A stretch of 64,000 bases of DNA, taken from the NCBI GenBank assembly GCA_015493635.1, contig WGCU01000079.1, forward strand, positions 23,674 to 87,673, written 5' to 3'. The translations under genes were made by a program, and so were the position numbers. The notes under the pieces were generated by a model that made no database searches, was not told the origin of the DNA, and saw only the letters and a list, made by a program, of their open reading frames with translations. Numbering within the stretch: the first letter of the stretch is position 1; every line of letters starts with the position of its first letter. Below, one piece after another: positions 9,135 to 17,384 of the stretch. This stretch comes from Spirochaetaceae bacterium (GTDB lineage Bacteria > Spirochaetota > Spirochaetia > B11-G9).

Positions 9135-9881
9135 TTACAGATCGAGTACACGCAGGGCAACAGGGATAAGCAGCATCATCAATACTTCTCCGGTTTCTAT
9201 CAGACTGCCGTAAGCGTCGCCGGTAAGTCCTCCGAGTATTCTGCTGATAATGAGAGCTGCAATACCAAGAAGCAGAAGTGTTGTCAGACAGATTAAAATT
9301 GCCGGCAGTCCTCCAAGGATAAAGACGATGGTAAGGGTGAAAATTCCGGCAATAACCGGTTTCCATACTCCCATATGCTTCTTGAAGAAGGAACCCATAC
9401 CCTCCTTACGCGCGGAAGGGAACATGACAATAAAGTTCATGGTAATCCAGCGGGCGCTCATCGGTATTAGAATAAGGTAAAACTGGTTTCCCTCTGTCAT
9501 CATCTGGATAATCAGACTCCATTTAAGAAGAACGAGTATAACGAGAGCGAGAACTCCGAATGCTCCTGACCGGCTGTCTTTCATAATTGAAAGTTTCTCT
9601 TCTTTTGTCCTGCCGCCTCCCAGGCCGTCTGCAAGATCCGCCAGCCCGTCAAGATGAAGCCCTCCGGAGATAACAATCCACAGGAGGCAGATGAGAGCAG
9701 CGTTTACTTCGGGAATAAACAACAGGTTAAATAATCTTTCTGCTCCAAACAAAAGGGTGCCGATAAGAAGTCCTGCCACCGGGAAAAAGGCTGCCGAACC
9801 TCCCACCTTTGCCATGTTTTCACCCTGTTTATAGGGAACGGGGATGATGGTTAAAAACCGTAGTGCATAGAGCAGTCCCAT
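9135..9881 (-). CDS. cobS: Adenosylcobinamide-GDP ribazoletransferase (cobalamin synthase)
   Basis: MGLLYALRFLTIIPVP N-terminus and a polytopic ~248 aa CobS-family profile. Confidence 0.8.
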   Translation of the reverse strand: MGLLYALRFLTIIPVPYKQGENMAKVGGSAAFFPVAGLLIGTLLFGAERLFNLLFIPEVNAALICLLWIVISGGLHLDGLADLADGLGGGRTKEEKLSIMKDSRSGAFGVLALVILVLLKWSLIIQMMTEGNQFYLILIPMSARWITMNFIVMFPSARKEGMGSFFKKHMGVWKPVIAGIFTLTIVFILGGLPAILICLTTLLLLGIAALIISRILGGLTGDAYGSLIETGEVLMMLLIPVALRVLDL

Positions 9882-9884
9882 GGT

Positions 9885-10439
9885 TCATCCCTTCAACTTC
9901 TGAGGGATACCGGCAGTCATTAAATAAACGGTATCGGCAGCGGAAGCAATAATCTGGTGGCTTATCCCGGCAATGTCCTGAAAAATGCCGCCGAGCCTTG
10001 TTGGTGCGACAAGGCCTGCTTCAACATGGTTGGAAATAATAATCAAATCAGGTTCAATCTCAACAGCCTGTGCGAGGATTGCTTTTACTTCGGACGTTAC
10101 ACGTCTCAAGGCTTCTTCCGCATCAGGGTTTTCCCCGAGTTCCATCAGAATATTTGTAGAGAGCATTGTCAGGCAGTCAATAATCACCGCCGCTTTATTC
10201 CCGGCAGCTTTACCGAGTATTCCTGAAACCTCCAAAGGTTCTTCTACCGTTATCCATTTTTTCGGCCGGGAGCTGCGGTGGACGGCAATTCTTTTTTTCA
10301 TTCCTTCATCGAGGCCCCATGCTGTTGCTATGTAGGTTACATTCTTTCCTTTTCCCGTTGCTAATTCAGCGGCGAGTTTTTGTGCGAATGATGTTTTCCC
10401 GCTTTTTGTTCCTCCCAGTACAAGGATTACTTTTCCCAT
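9885..10439 (-). CDS. cobU: Adenosylcobinamide kinase / adenosylcobinamide-phosphate guanylyltransferase
   Basis: P-loop MGKVILVLGGTKSGKTSFAQ. Start placed at ATG 10439 (GGAGGA RBS 10 nt upstream, 185 aa) rather than the track's 10571. Confidence 0.75.
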   Translation of the reverse strand: MGKVILVLGGTKSGKTSFAQKLAAELATGKGKNVTYIATAWGLDEGMKKRIAVHRSSRPKKWITVEEPLEVSGILGKAAGNKAAVIIDCLTMLSTNILMELGENPDAEEALRRVTSEVKAILAQAVEIEPDLIIISNHVEAGLVAPTRLGGIFQDIAGISHQIIASAADTVYLMTAGIPQKLKG

Positions 10440-10588
10440 ATTTCCAGTTTCCTCCATTACTACTCTTTCAGGATAATAGATCTTTTCCCCGTATAATACA
10501 AGAAATAGTATTTCTCCATTTTTCAGGACGGTAATGAGTATAGGAATGGTGGGCTGTTGTATGGTATACATGCTGCAGGAGCTGTTAC

Positions 10589-11755
10589 TTGAAATTGAAA
10601 TTCAGTATAAACTATTTTCTGTTTTTTTCTACCATTGCTGTCCTTGCGCCGTATCTTCAGGTACTGCTGAGGAATAAAGGCTTTTCTTCCCCTGATATAG
10701 GGCTTCTGTTGGGGGTTTATGAAATCTCCGGCATTGCGGGCCCTCTTCTTGCGGGTTTGGCTGCTGAGAAAATGGGAAAATACCGGCTCCCCCTGTTGAT
10801 TTTTTCTTTTACTGCCGGAGGGATTCTTTTTCTTCTCGGTATAAGTACAGGGTTTATAAGCGCAGGGATTTCTCTCGTTATATTCGGTCTTTTTTACCGT
10901 CCCATACCGTCACTTCAGGATGCGCTTGCTTCACGTATTCTGCATAATCCGGTAAAAAATTACGGTGGTGTAAGAATATGGGGGAGCATAGGTTTTATAA
11001 CGGTTTCTTTGAGCATTCAGCTTTTCCATTTAATAGATGCATCATCTTCTTTTCAGATTATTACAATCTTTGGTATTTTTTCCACGTTGCTTTTTATAAG
11101 TACAGCAGTGCTGCCGGAAGTTGAAACTATTCGGCCCAATCCGGGACATGTTTCCGGTATCCCCCGTCTTTCAGGAAGATTGACCCTGCCGTTCTATCTG
11201 GCCCTTTTGACTGCTTTTTTTATTAAAATGGGATTAAGCGGATACTATTCCTTTTTTACTTTGTATCTTCAGGATGTCTATTCCTTAAAGGGTGTAAGCG
11301 GGATCTGGGCTCTGGGAGCTATTGCAGAGATACCGATGATTCTCTGGGGAAGCCGGCTGGTAACCCGTTTCAATCCTGCGGCGATGCTTGTTCTTTCAGT
11401 TTTGGGCTCTGCTGCCAGGTTATTCATATATGCCGCGGGTCTGCCCCTTCCCTTTGTATTGGCAGCTCAGTTCCTGCACGCATTTTCATTCGGCCTTATT
11501 CATATTACTGTGATAAGTGTTATAAATCATACGGTCAAACCGCATAGACGGGCATTTGCAATGTCACTCTATGGCGGCATAGGGTTTGGACTTGCGGGAT
11601 TTATCGGGAGCAGTATAAGCGGGTACGTTTTAGGAGGATTCGGATTTAACGTGCTCTATATCTTTTGCGGTGCGGTAACCCTTATTCCTCTGGTACCGGT
11701 TTTAATCTTCCGGAAACGGGCAGAGGAAGAATATTCCGGTATACTGGTTTCGTAA
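10589..11755 (+). CDS. MFS transporter (12 TM)
   Basis: Twelve hydrophobic segments and a GxLaDrxGrkxxl-type loop (AAEKMGKYR). TTG start after an AGGAG RBS. Confidence 0.8.
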   Translation: MKLKFSINYFLFFSTIAVLAPYLQVLLRNKGFSSPDIGLLLGVYEISGIAGPLLAGLAAEKMGKYRLPLLIFSFTAGGILFLLGISTGFISAGISLVIFGLFYRPIPSLQDALASRILHNPVKNYGGVRIWGSIGFITVSLSIQLFHLIDASSSFQIITIFGIFSTLLFISTAVLPEVETIRPNPGHVSGIPRLSGRLTLPFYLALLTAFFIKMGLSGYYSFFTLYLQDVYSLKGVSGIWALGAIAEIPMILWGSRLVTRFNPAAMLVLSVLGSAARLFIYAAGLPLPFVLAAQFLHAFSFGLIHITVISVINHTVKPHRRAFAMSLYGGIGFGLAGFIGSSISGYVLGGFGFNVLYIFCGAVTLIPLVPVLIFRKRAEEEYSGILVS

Positions 11756-11801
11756 TGTATGCTTGATTTAATTGGGAATACGCACTATTCTCTGGTACAC
11801 T

Positions 11802-12161
11802 ATGAAGATTACACGGCTATATGCGGATAGTAACGGCGAATCGCATTTTGAGGATATGGATATCCCTCTGAAAGACGGAGGCGATATTGGCAGACTGTCG
11901 GATTTATTACCGGTATCCGGTATGATACTGAGAGAAAATCCCGGTGATTACAATTACGATTGGCATCCGGCTCCCCGGAAACAGTATATTGTCATGCTGG
12001 AAGGACTGCTGGAAGTTCTGGTGAGTGACGGAGAGCAGCGGGGGTTTGTACCCGGAGATATACTTCTTGTGGAAGATGTTTCGGGGAAGGGGCATAAGTC
12101 ATGGGTCCCTGACGGGAAACCGCGGAAATCACTTTTTATTACCGTTCATGAAGATCTATAA
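11802..12161 (+). CDS. Cupin-domain protein
   Basis: Small beta-barrel-type sequence with conserved G..D.....GE / H..W pattern. Start uncertain (ATG 11802 or TTG 11772). Confidence 0.55.
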   Translation: MKITRLYADSNGESHFEDMDIPLKDGGDIGRLSDLLPVSGMILRENPGDYNYDWHPAPRKQYIVMLEGLLEVLVSDGEQRGFVPGDILLVEDVSGKGHKSWVPDGKPRKSLFITVHEDL

Positions 12162-12179
12162 ACAGGAGAACAGCGGCTT

Positions 12180-12551
12180 ATGTCCAATCCATCACTTTCA
12201 ATAGTATTAAAATACGCGGGAATAGTAGTAATCCTTGTGTTTTTCTATTTTTACTATAAAAGAAAAGCAGGCCGGGAGCAGGAACAGGCTGCGGAAAGAC
12301 GATCTTCCTACATCAATAACCATACAGATCTTTCTGATGAAATTCGTTCGGCTTTGTCTGAAGGAAGAATTCTTGAAGGAATGACAGAAGAGGAGCTGGT
12401 AGCGAGTGTCGGCTTCCCCCTCCGGAGAAACGTTCTGACAATGGAGCCTGCCAGAAGCGAAGAGCTGATCTATCCATCATTTTATGTCCTCCTGCATATG
12501 GGAATTGTCCAGAGCTGGAAGGAACAGAAGAAGCTGTCCGGTCTGCAATAA
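12180..12551 (+). CDS. Small membrane protein, BamE/SmpA-like motif (hypothetical)
   Basis: One TM helix; GMTEEELVASVGFP resembles the BamE GMTkxQV motif. Confidence 0.5.
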   Translation: MSNPSLSIVLKYAGIVVILVFFYFYYKRKAGREQEQAAERRSSYINNHTDLSDEIRSALSEGRILEGMTEEELVASVGFPLRRNVLTMEPARSEELIYPSFYVLLHMGIVQSWKEQKKLSGLQ

Positions 12552-12577
12552 AAAACCGGCAGAGTGTTCTGCCGGCT
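12549..12577 (-). terminator. Rho-independent terminator (convergent genes)
   Basis: CCGGCAGAGTGTTCTGCCGG hairpin with a T-run on the minus strand. Confidence 0.65.
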
Positions 12578-12583
12578 GTACTG

Positions 12584-12994
12584 TCAGTCCAGGTTTACTT
12601 CGCTGTATTCCCCGAAAGAATGGGGCTTCCACCGTACTCTTGCGGGAACCACTTCCACATGGACAAGTTTTGGGTCATGTTCATCTTTAAACAATCCCCG
12701 TGCTCCCGGATGAAGTTCAAGAAGCTTCTTTTTCTTTTCAACCCCTCCGCTTAAATCCGCTTTTCCTGAAACGCGCAGATGATTTCCTTCTTTGTCCACC
12801 CAGCATAGTTCAACTTTCGGATTATCCTTTAATTCTTTTACCTTTCCGCTGATGGCAACCGTGGTACACCAGAACTTGAAATCATCGGTAATAACAAATT
12901 TCATGGGCCGAACCCGCGGCTGGTCCCCGACACTTGTAGCCATCTGGCAGTATCCGGCGCTTTTTACTATTTCCCGTACCTTTTCTTGTGACAT
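12584..12994 (-). CDS. Pyridoxamine 5'-phosphate oxidase-like FMN-binding split-barrel protein
   Basis: PNPOx/general-stress-protein-26 family pattern. 8 nt downstream of the carboxyltransferase gene. Confidence 0.7.
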   Translation of the reverse strand: MSQEKVREIVKSAGYCQMATSVGDQPRVRPMKFVITDDFKFWCTTVAISGKVKELKDNPKVELCWVDKEGNHLRVSGKADLSGGVEKKKKLLELHPGARGLFKDEHDPKLVHVEVVPARVRWKPHSFGEYSEVNLD

Positions 12995-13002
12995 GATTCT
13001 TC

Positions 13003-14553
13003 CTATAACGGCATATTGCCGTGTTTCTTCACGGGCCGTGTTTCTTCTTTTCCCAGGTACATCTCAAGTGATTTCCAGAGGGCCTTGCGTGTTTGTGCCG
13101 GATCAATGACGTCATCAACATAACCGTAACCTGCCGCGATAAAGGGGTTCATTACCTGCACCTTGAACTCTTCAATCTTTTCCTGCCGTTTTGCCGCGGG
13201 GTCTTCTGCAGCTTCAATTTCTTTTCTGAATATAATATTGGCGGCTCCCTCCGCGCCCATTACTGCTATTTCTGCTGCGGGGTAGGCAAGAACCCGGTCG
13301 TACCCAAGGTTTTTTGATGCCATGGCAATAAATGCTCCACCGTATCCTTTTCTTACTATAAGAGCAATTTTTGGTACGGTAGCTTCTGCTATCGCAAAAA
13401 GAAGCTTGGCACCGTGGCGTATAATACCTCCGTGTTCCTGAGCGGTACCCGGCAGAAATCCCGGTACATCCACAAGAGATACAACAGGAATATTAAAAGA
13501 ATCGCAGAACCGGACGAACCGGGCGGCTTTATCAGATGCGTTGATGTCAAGAACGGCAGCCATCATTTTGGGCTGATTCGCCATAATTCCCACGGTGTAT
13601 CCGTTTAATTTTGCAAATCCCACAACGATGTTCTGTGCAAAATCCGCCTGTACTTCAATGAAAGAATCTGCATCAAAAGCGGAATTGATAAGACTGCGGA
13701 TATCATACGGCTTCCTCTGGTTTTCAGGAAGAAGGTCCTTCAGTTCCGGTGTCGGTCTGTCAACAGGATCTGTACATTCAGAAACAGGAGGTTTCTCCTT
13801 GTTGTTTGACGGGAGATAGCTTAAAAGCCGCCTTGTAAAAGCAAGACACTCATCTTCAGATTTAAACCTGAAATGAGCATTACCGCTTTTAAAGGTATGG
13901 GCTCGTGCTCCGCCCAGATCTTCCTGAGAGATTTCTTCACCTGTCACCGCTTTGATAACCTGGGGACCGGTAATGTACATGTTGCTTACTTTTTCCACCA
14001 TCATGATGAAATCGGTAATGGCCGGTGAATACACAGCTCCACCTGCGCAGGGCCCGAGAATTATGGAAATCTGCGGAATTACTCCTGAGCTCAGCGTATT
14101 TGCTCTGAAAATTTTTGCGTATCCGTCCAGGGAAAGTGTCCCTTCCTGAATACGTGCTCCGCCGGAATCATTTATCTGGATGAAGGGCGAACCGGTTTTA
14201 AGGGCATCGATCTGGGCATCAGCTATACGGATAGCGTGCATTTCTCCCAGGGAACCTCCAAGGACGGTAAAATCCTGAGAGGAAAGGTACACCTTGCGGC
14301 CGTTTATTCTGCCGCTTCCGCTGACCACACCGTCACCGGGAAATTTCTTCTTATCCATGCCGAAATCATGTGAACGGGGAACAACATAGGTATTCTGCTC
14401 CGAAAATGAATCTTCATCCAGGAGAGCTCCAATCCGTTCCCTGGCTGTTAATTTCCCCCGCTTGTGCTGTGCTTCTATCCGGGCATCACCGCCCCCTTTC
14501 AGCATCTTTTCTCTTGTTTCTTCAAACCTTGCAAAAGCTTCTTCGTTTGTCAT
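13003..14553 (-). CDS. Acyl-CoA carboxyltransferase (propionyl-CoA carboxylase beta / methylmalonyl-CoA decarboxylase alpha family)
   Basis: 516 aa, full-length match to carboxyltransferase domain proteins (MTNEEAFARFEETREKMLKGGG...). Confidence 0.9.
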   Translation of the reverse strand: MTNEEAFARFEETREKMLKGGGDARIEAQHKRGKLTARERIGALLDEDSFSEQNTYVVPRSHDFGMDKKKFPGDGVVSGSGRINGRKVYLSSQDFTVLGGSLGEMHAIRIADAQIDALKTGSPFIQINDSGGARIQEGTLSLDGYAKIFRANTLSSGVIPQISIILGPCAGGAVYSPAITDFIMMVEKVSNMYITGPQVIKAVTGEEISQEDLGGARAHTFKSGNAHFRFKSEDECLAFTRRLLSYLPSNNKEKPPVSECTDPVDRPTPELKDLLPENQRKPYDIRSLINSAFDADSFIEVQADFAQNIVVGFAKLNGYTVGIMANQPKMMAAVLDINASDKAARFVRFCDSFNIPVVSLVDVPGFLPGTAQEHGGIIRHGAKLLFAIAEATVPKIALIVRKGYGGAFIAMASKNLGYDRVLAYPAAEIAVMGAEGAANIIFRKEIEAAEDPAAKRQEKIEEFKVQVMNPFIAAGYGYVDDVIDPAQTRKALWKSLEMYLGKEETRPVKKHGNMPL

Positions 14554-14586
14554 AGTTCCTCACCTGTACCGTAAAATACAATAAAA

Positions 14587-14745
14587 ATGAAAGGTATCAA
14601 TATCCCAGGGCAAGCCCTGGACCCAGTCCGCTATCGCGGCCTATTCCGCAGCAAGCTGCGGGGTATTTTAACCTTTCGGTCTCTGCACTCGCTTGGAAAC
14701 GGGACAACCACGTTGTCCCGCTCCACTCACTCGTTTGAGAATAAA
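14587..14745 (+). repeat. Copy 2 of the ~155-nt structured repeat element (candidate ncRNA)
   Basis: Same element as 1201..1356 in opposite orientation. Hairpins CCAGGG-caag-CCCUGG, GUCCGC-uauc-GCGGCC and CCGCAG-caag-CUGCGG, with compensatory changes versus copy 1. The track ORF 14587..14787 is not conserved in copy 1. Confidence 0.85.
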
Positions 14746-14929
14746 GTTCATGTTAACAGCGGCCGCCCTTTACGTCAAGGAAAATGAAATAAAGTAAGAG
14801 GAAAATCATGGTTAAATTTACTCTTTCAGATGCCGGATAATAAATCGGTATACACGGGAGCATACTATACTTTAAAACCGGACATTTTATTTTACTGTGC
14901 AGGGAAAAAGAAAAAAATAAAACTTTATC

Positions 14930-14956
14930 TTGACAGGGGGGAATTTGTGATATAAA
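14930..14956 (+). promoter_or_regulatory. sigma70-type promoter (extended -10) for the GNAT gene
   Basis: TTGACA (14930-14935), 15 nt spacer, TGaTATAAA (14948-14956), then AAGGAG RBS and ATG 14993. Confidence 0.45.
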
Positions 14957-14992
14957 ATGCTTTTTTCCATTAAATTTTTAAGGAGTAGATCT

Positions 14993-15718
14993 ATGAAATC
15001 AGTAGTACCTGAGAAAGTATCTCAGGAAGAATTGAAAATTCCGGTATCAGAAATTGAATCATGGCTTTCAGGCCCGAAGGTTGAACTTCCTCCATTCGAA
15101 CCTGCAATGACGGAAACAAGAGGCGGGAAAAAACTTGTTATAAGAGCCTTAAGAAAAGATGAAGCACCTGCCATGCTCAAGTTCCTAAAGAACTTTCTTG
15201 ATGTGGACAGGGACTTCTATGACATTGTTGGTGTTCGTGTGTATGCAGAGATCCTCGGCTGGTTGAGAAACAGGCTGAAAGATTCCTATCACCTGGTTGG
15301 TTCCATTGACGGCGAGCTGGCAGGATTTGCCAACGGCCGTAAGAGAGACGATAAAGTGCATATATCACTTCATTCAATGGCTTTCAAGAGAGGCGGCGGT
15401 GTTGGTGCTGCCATGTACTATGCAAAAGCCCAGTACGCTTTTGAAGTACTTGGTGCTCAGGAATGGTGGTCAACCTTTGAATCATACAACGGATGGAAGA
15501 GATACGGTCTTGGTGCGGCACAGCCCTCATACCCATGGCCTGAATACCAGCATGAACTCGGCGGTGCAGCAGTATACTACATCAGAAGAGATTACTGGGA
15601 TTCAACGGTAAAAGATTACAACAAACAGCTTGTTCATGGTGATCTTATCAGGCCGGTTCCTGCGGATCTTTTAAAGAAAGCAGAAAATCTTATTATTCCG
15701 GACAAACCGGACGTATAA
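14993..15718 (+). CDS. GNAT-family N-acetyltransferase
   Basis: Acetyl-CoA motif A FKRGGGVGAAM. Start at ATG 14993 with an AAGGAG RBS. The track start 14957 sits inside the -10 element. Confidence 0.65.
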   Translation: MKSVVPEKVSQEELKIPVSEIESWLSGPKVELPPFEPAMTETRGGKKLVIRALRKDEAPAMLKFLKNFLDVDRDFYDIVGVRVYAEILGWLRNRLKDSYHLVGSIDGELAGFANGRKRDDKVHISLHSMAFKRGGGVGAAMYYAKAQYAFEVLGAQEWWSTFESYNGWKRYGLGAAQPSYPWPEYQHELGGAAVYYIRRDYWDSTVKDYNKQLVHGDLIRPVPADLLKKAENLIIPDKPDV

Positions 15719-15745
15719 GCTTTTAGCAATCGGTGTTAAACCAGA

Positions 15746-15773
15746 CCCCCGGCATGTACCGGGGGTTTTTTTG
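15746..15773 (+). terminator. Rho-independent terminator
   Basis: CCCCCGGCATGTACCGGGGG hairpin plus TTTTTTT. Confidence 0.8.
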
Positions 15774-15890
15774 TTCAAACACTGATATATCCATAATAAA
15801 TCTATCAGTATGGATAAAAAAACTTGTAAAATCGTCCCTTTACCGTTACTATACTTAGTGCTTCATTAATATTTTATATGGAGGTAGTGG

Positions 15891-17294
15891 ATGAAAACAC
15901 TCATAAAGAACGGTACTATTGTAACTGCCAGTGATACATACAAAGCTGATATCCTCATAGAAGGGGAGAAAATTGCGCTTATAGGTAATGACCTGAAAGA
16001 GGACGGTGCTGAGATTATTGATGCGGAAGGACTGGTACTTATGCCGGGCGGAATTGACGGACACACGCATCTTGATATGCCCTTTGGAGGAACAACAACA
16101 GCGGATGACTTTTTTACAGGGCAGCGCGCTGCCGCATTTGGCGGAACAACAACACACATAGATTTTGCGCTGCAGCAGAAAGGCGGGACACTTCTTGAAG
16201 GTGTTGAGATGTGGAAAAAGAAGGCTGAGGGAAAAGCTGTTATCGATTATGGATTTCATATTGCGGTAACAGATCCTGGAGAAGCCATGGTACGGGAGAT
16301 AGAGAAACTTCCCGCTGCGGGAATTACCAGTCTAAAGGTTTTTCAGCAGTATAAAGGCCTTTTCATGGTTGATGATACCACTCTTTTCCAGGTTATGCAG
16401 GCTGCGAAAAAAGCAGGTGTTCTTGTCATGATTCACAGTGAAAACGGTGATGTGACCGATATCGTTACAAAACAGCTTGTAGCCGCAGGGAAGACAGATG
16501 TGAAATACCATCTTGTAGCTCACCCGCGGGAGATAGAGGCTGAAGCAACGGGCAGAGCAATCGCCCTGGCCGGAGTAACGGGCTGTAAGCTTTATGTTGT
16601 TCACATGACCTGTGAGGATGCTGTATTGGAGATGAAACTCGGCAGAGCCCGGGGATATAAAGTAATGGGTGAGACGTGTACCCAGTATATGTTCAAGTTC
16701 GAAGATGATATGCGGGTTCCCGGATATGAAGGTGCAAAATGGGCATGCGGACCTCCTGTACGGACACCGAAAGACGCGGAGTACCTGTGGAAATCCCTTG
16801 CTGATACCACTCTGCAGTTTGTTGCCACTGATCATTGTTCCTTTGATTTTGAAGGCGGAAAAAACGGCAAAAAACCGGGGAAAGAGCTTGGCAAGGCAGG
16901 GTTCCATAAAATTCCAAACGGTATCCCCGGAATTGAGGACAGAATGCCGGTTATGTACCACAACGGAGTAAACGGCGGAAGATACGATATAAACCGTTTT
17001 GTTGCAATTACTGCTACCAATCCTGCCAAGGTACATGGACTTTATCCCAAAAAGGGAACCATTGCTGTCGGTTCAGACGCGGACATTGTCTTCTGGGATC
17101 TCAATAAAGAGCACACCATCTCTGCAAAAACCCACCATATGAACGTGGATTATAACGCATACGAAGGGATGAAAGTGAAAGGCTGGCCGGTGAGAACCAT
17201 CCTGAGAGGGAAAAGTATTGTCGTTGACGGTGAATGGAAGCAGGAAAAAGGAGCCGGACAGTTTATCAAACGGCATTCCGGGGAGTTTCTGTAA
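15891..17294 (+). CDS. Dihydropyrimidinase / D-hydantoinase (cyclic amidohydrolase)
   Basis: 467 aa. Metal ligands DGHTHLD...KVF...H..H, full-length hydantoinase/dihydropyrimidinase match. GGAGG RBS. Confidence 0.9.
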   Translation: MKTLIKNGTIVTASDTYKADILIEGEKIALIGNDLKEDGAEIIDAEGLVLMPGGIDGHTHLDMPFGGTTTADDFFTGQRAAAFGGTTTHIDFALQQKGGTLLEGVEMWKKKAEGKAVIDYGFHIAVTDPGEAMVREIEKLPAAGITSLKVFQQYKGLFMVDDTTLFQVMQAAKKAGVLVMIHSENGDVTDIVTKQLVAAGKTDVKYHLVAHPREIEAEATGRAIALAGVTGCKLYVVHMTCEDAVLEMKLGRARGYKVMGETCTQYMFKFEDDMRVPGYEGAKWACGPPVRTPKDAEYLWKSLADTTLQFVATDHCSFDFEGGKNGKKPGKELGKAGFHKIPNGIPGIEDRMPVMYHNGVNGGRYDINRFVAITATNPAKVHGLYPKKGTIAVGSDADIVFWDLNKEHTISAKTHHMNVDYNAYEGMKVKGWPVRTILRGKSIVVDGEWKQEKGAGQFIKRHSGEFL

Positions 17295-17333
17295 ATCTGT
17301 TCAAAGTGTGTAGACATCAATAAAAAGATCAAT

Positions 17334-17366
17334 AAAAAAGGCTGCCGATCAAGGCAGCCTTTTCTG
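17334..17366. terminator. Bidirectional rho-independent terminator
   Basis: AAAAAAG-GCTGCC-gatcaa-GGCAGCC-TTTTCT between convergent genes. Confidence 0.75.
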
Positions 17367-17384
17367 TATTCGATTCTTCGGAGT

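Noticed and set aside
9885-10571. 228-aa version of cobU starting at 10571
   Set aside because: The N-terminal 44 residues are not CobU-like. The P-loop begins immediately after ATG 10439, which has a GGAGGA RBS. CobU proteins are about 180 aa.
14957-14992. Track start codon (ATG 14957) for the GNAT gene, and the 66-aa ORF 14587..14787 inside the repeat
   Set aside because: ATG 14957 lies inside the -10 element. The ATG at 14993 has an AAGGAG RBS. The 66-aa ORF is interrupted by TAA in the other repeat copy and lacks an RBS.
16332-17036. 234-aa minus-strand ORF (and 15855..16259, 15866..16159) antisense to the dihydropyrimidinase gene
   Set aside because: Fully embedded antisense to a strongly supported CDS. 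No RBS and no recognisable domain.
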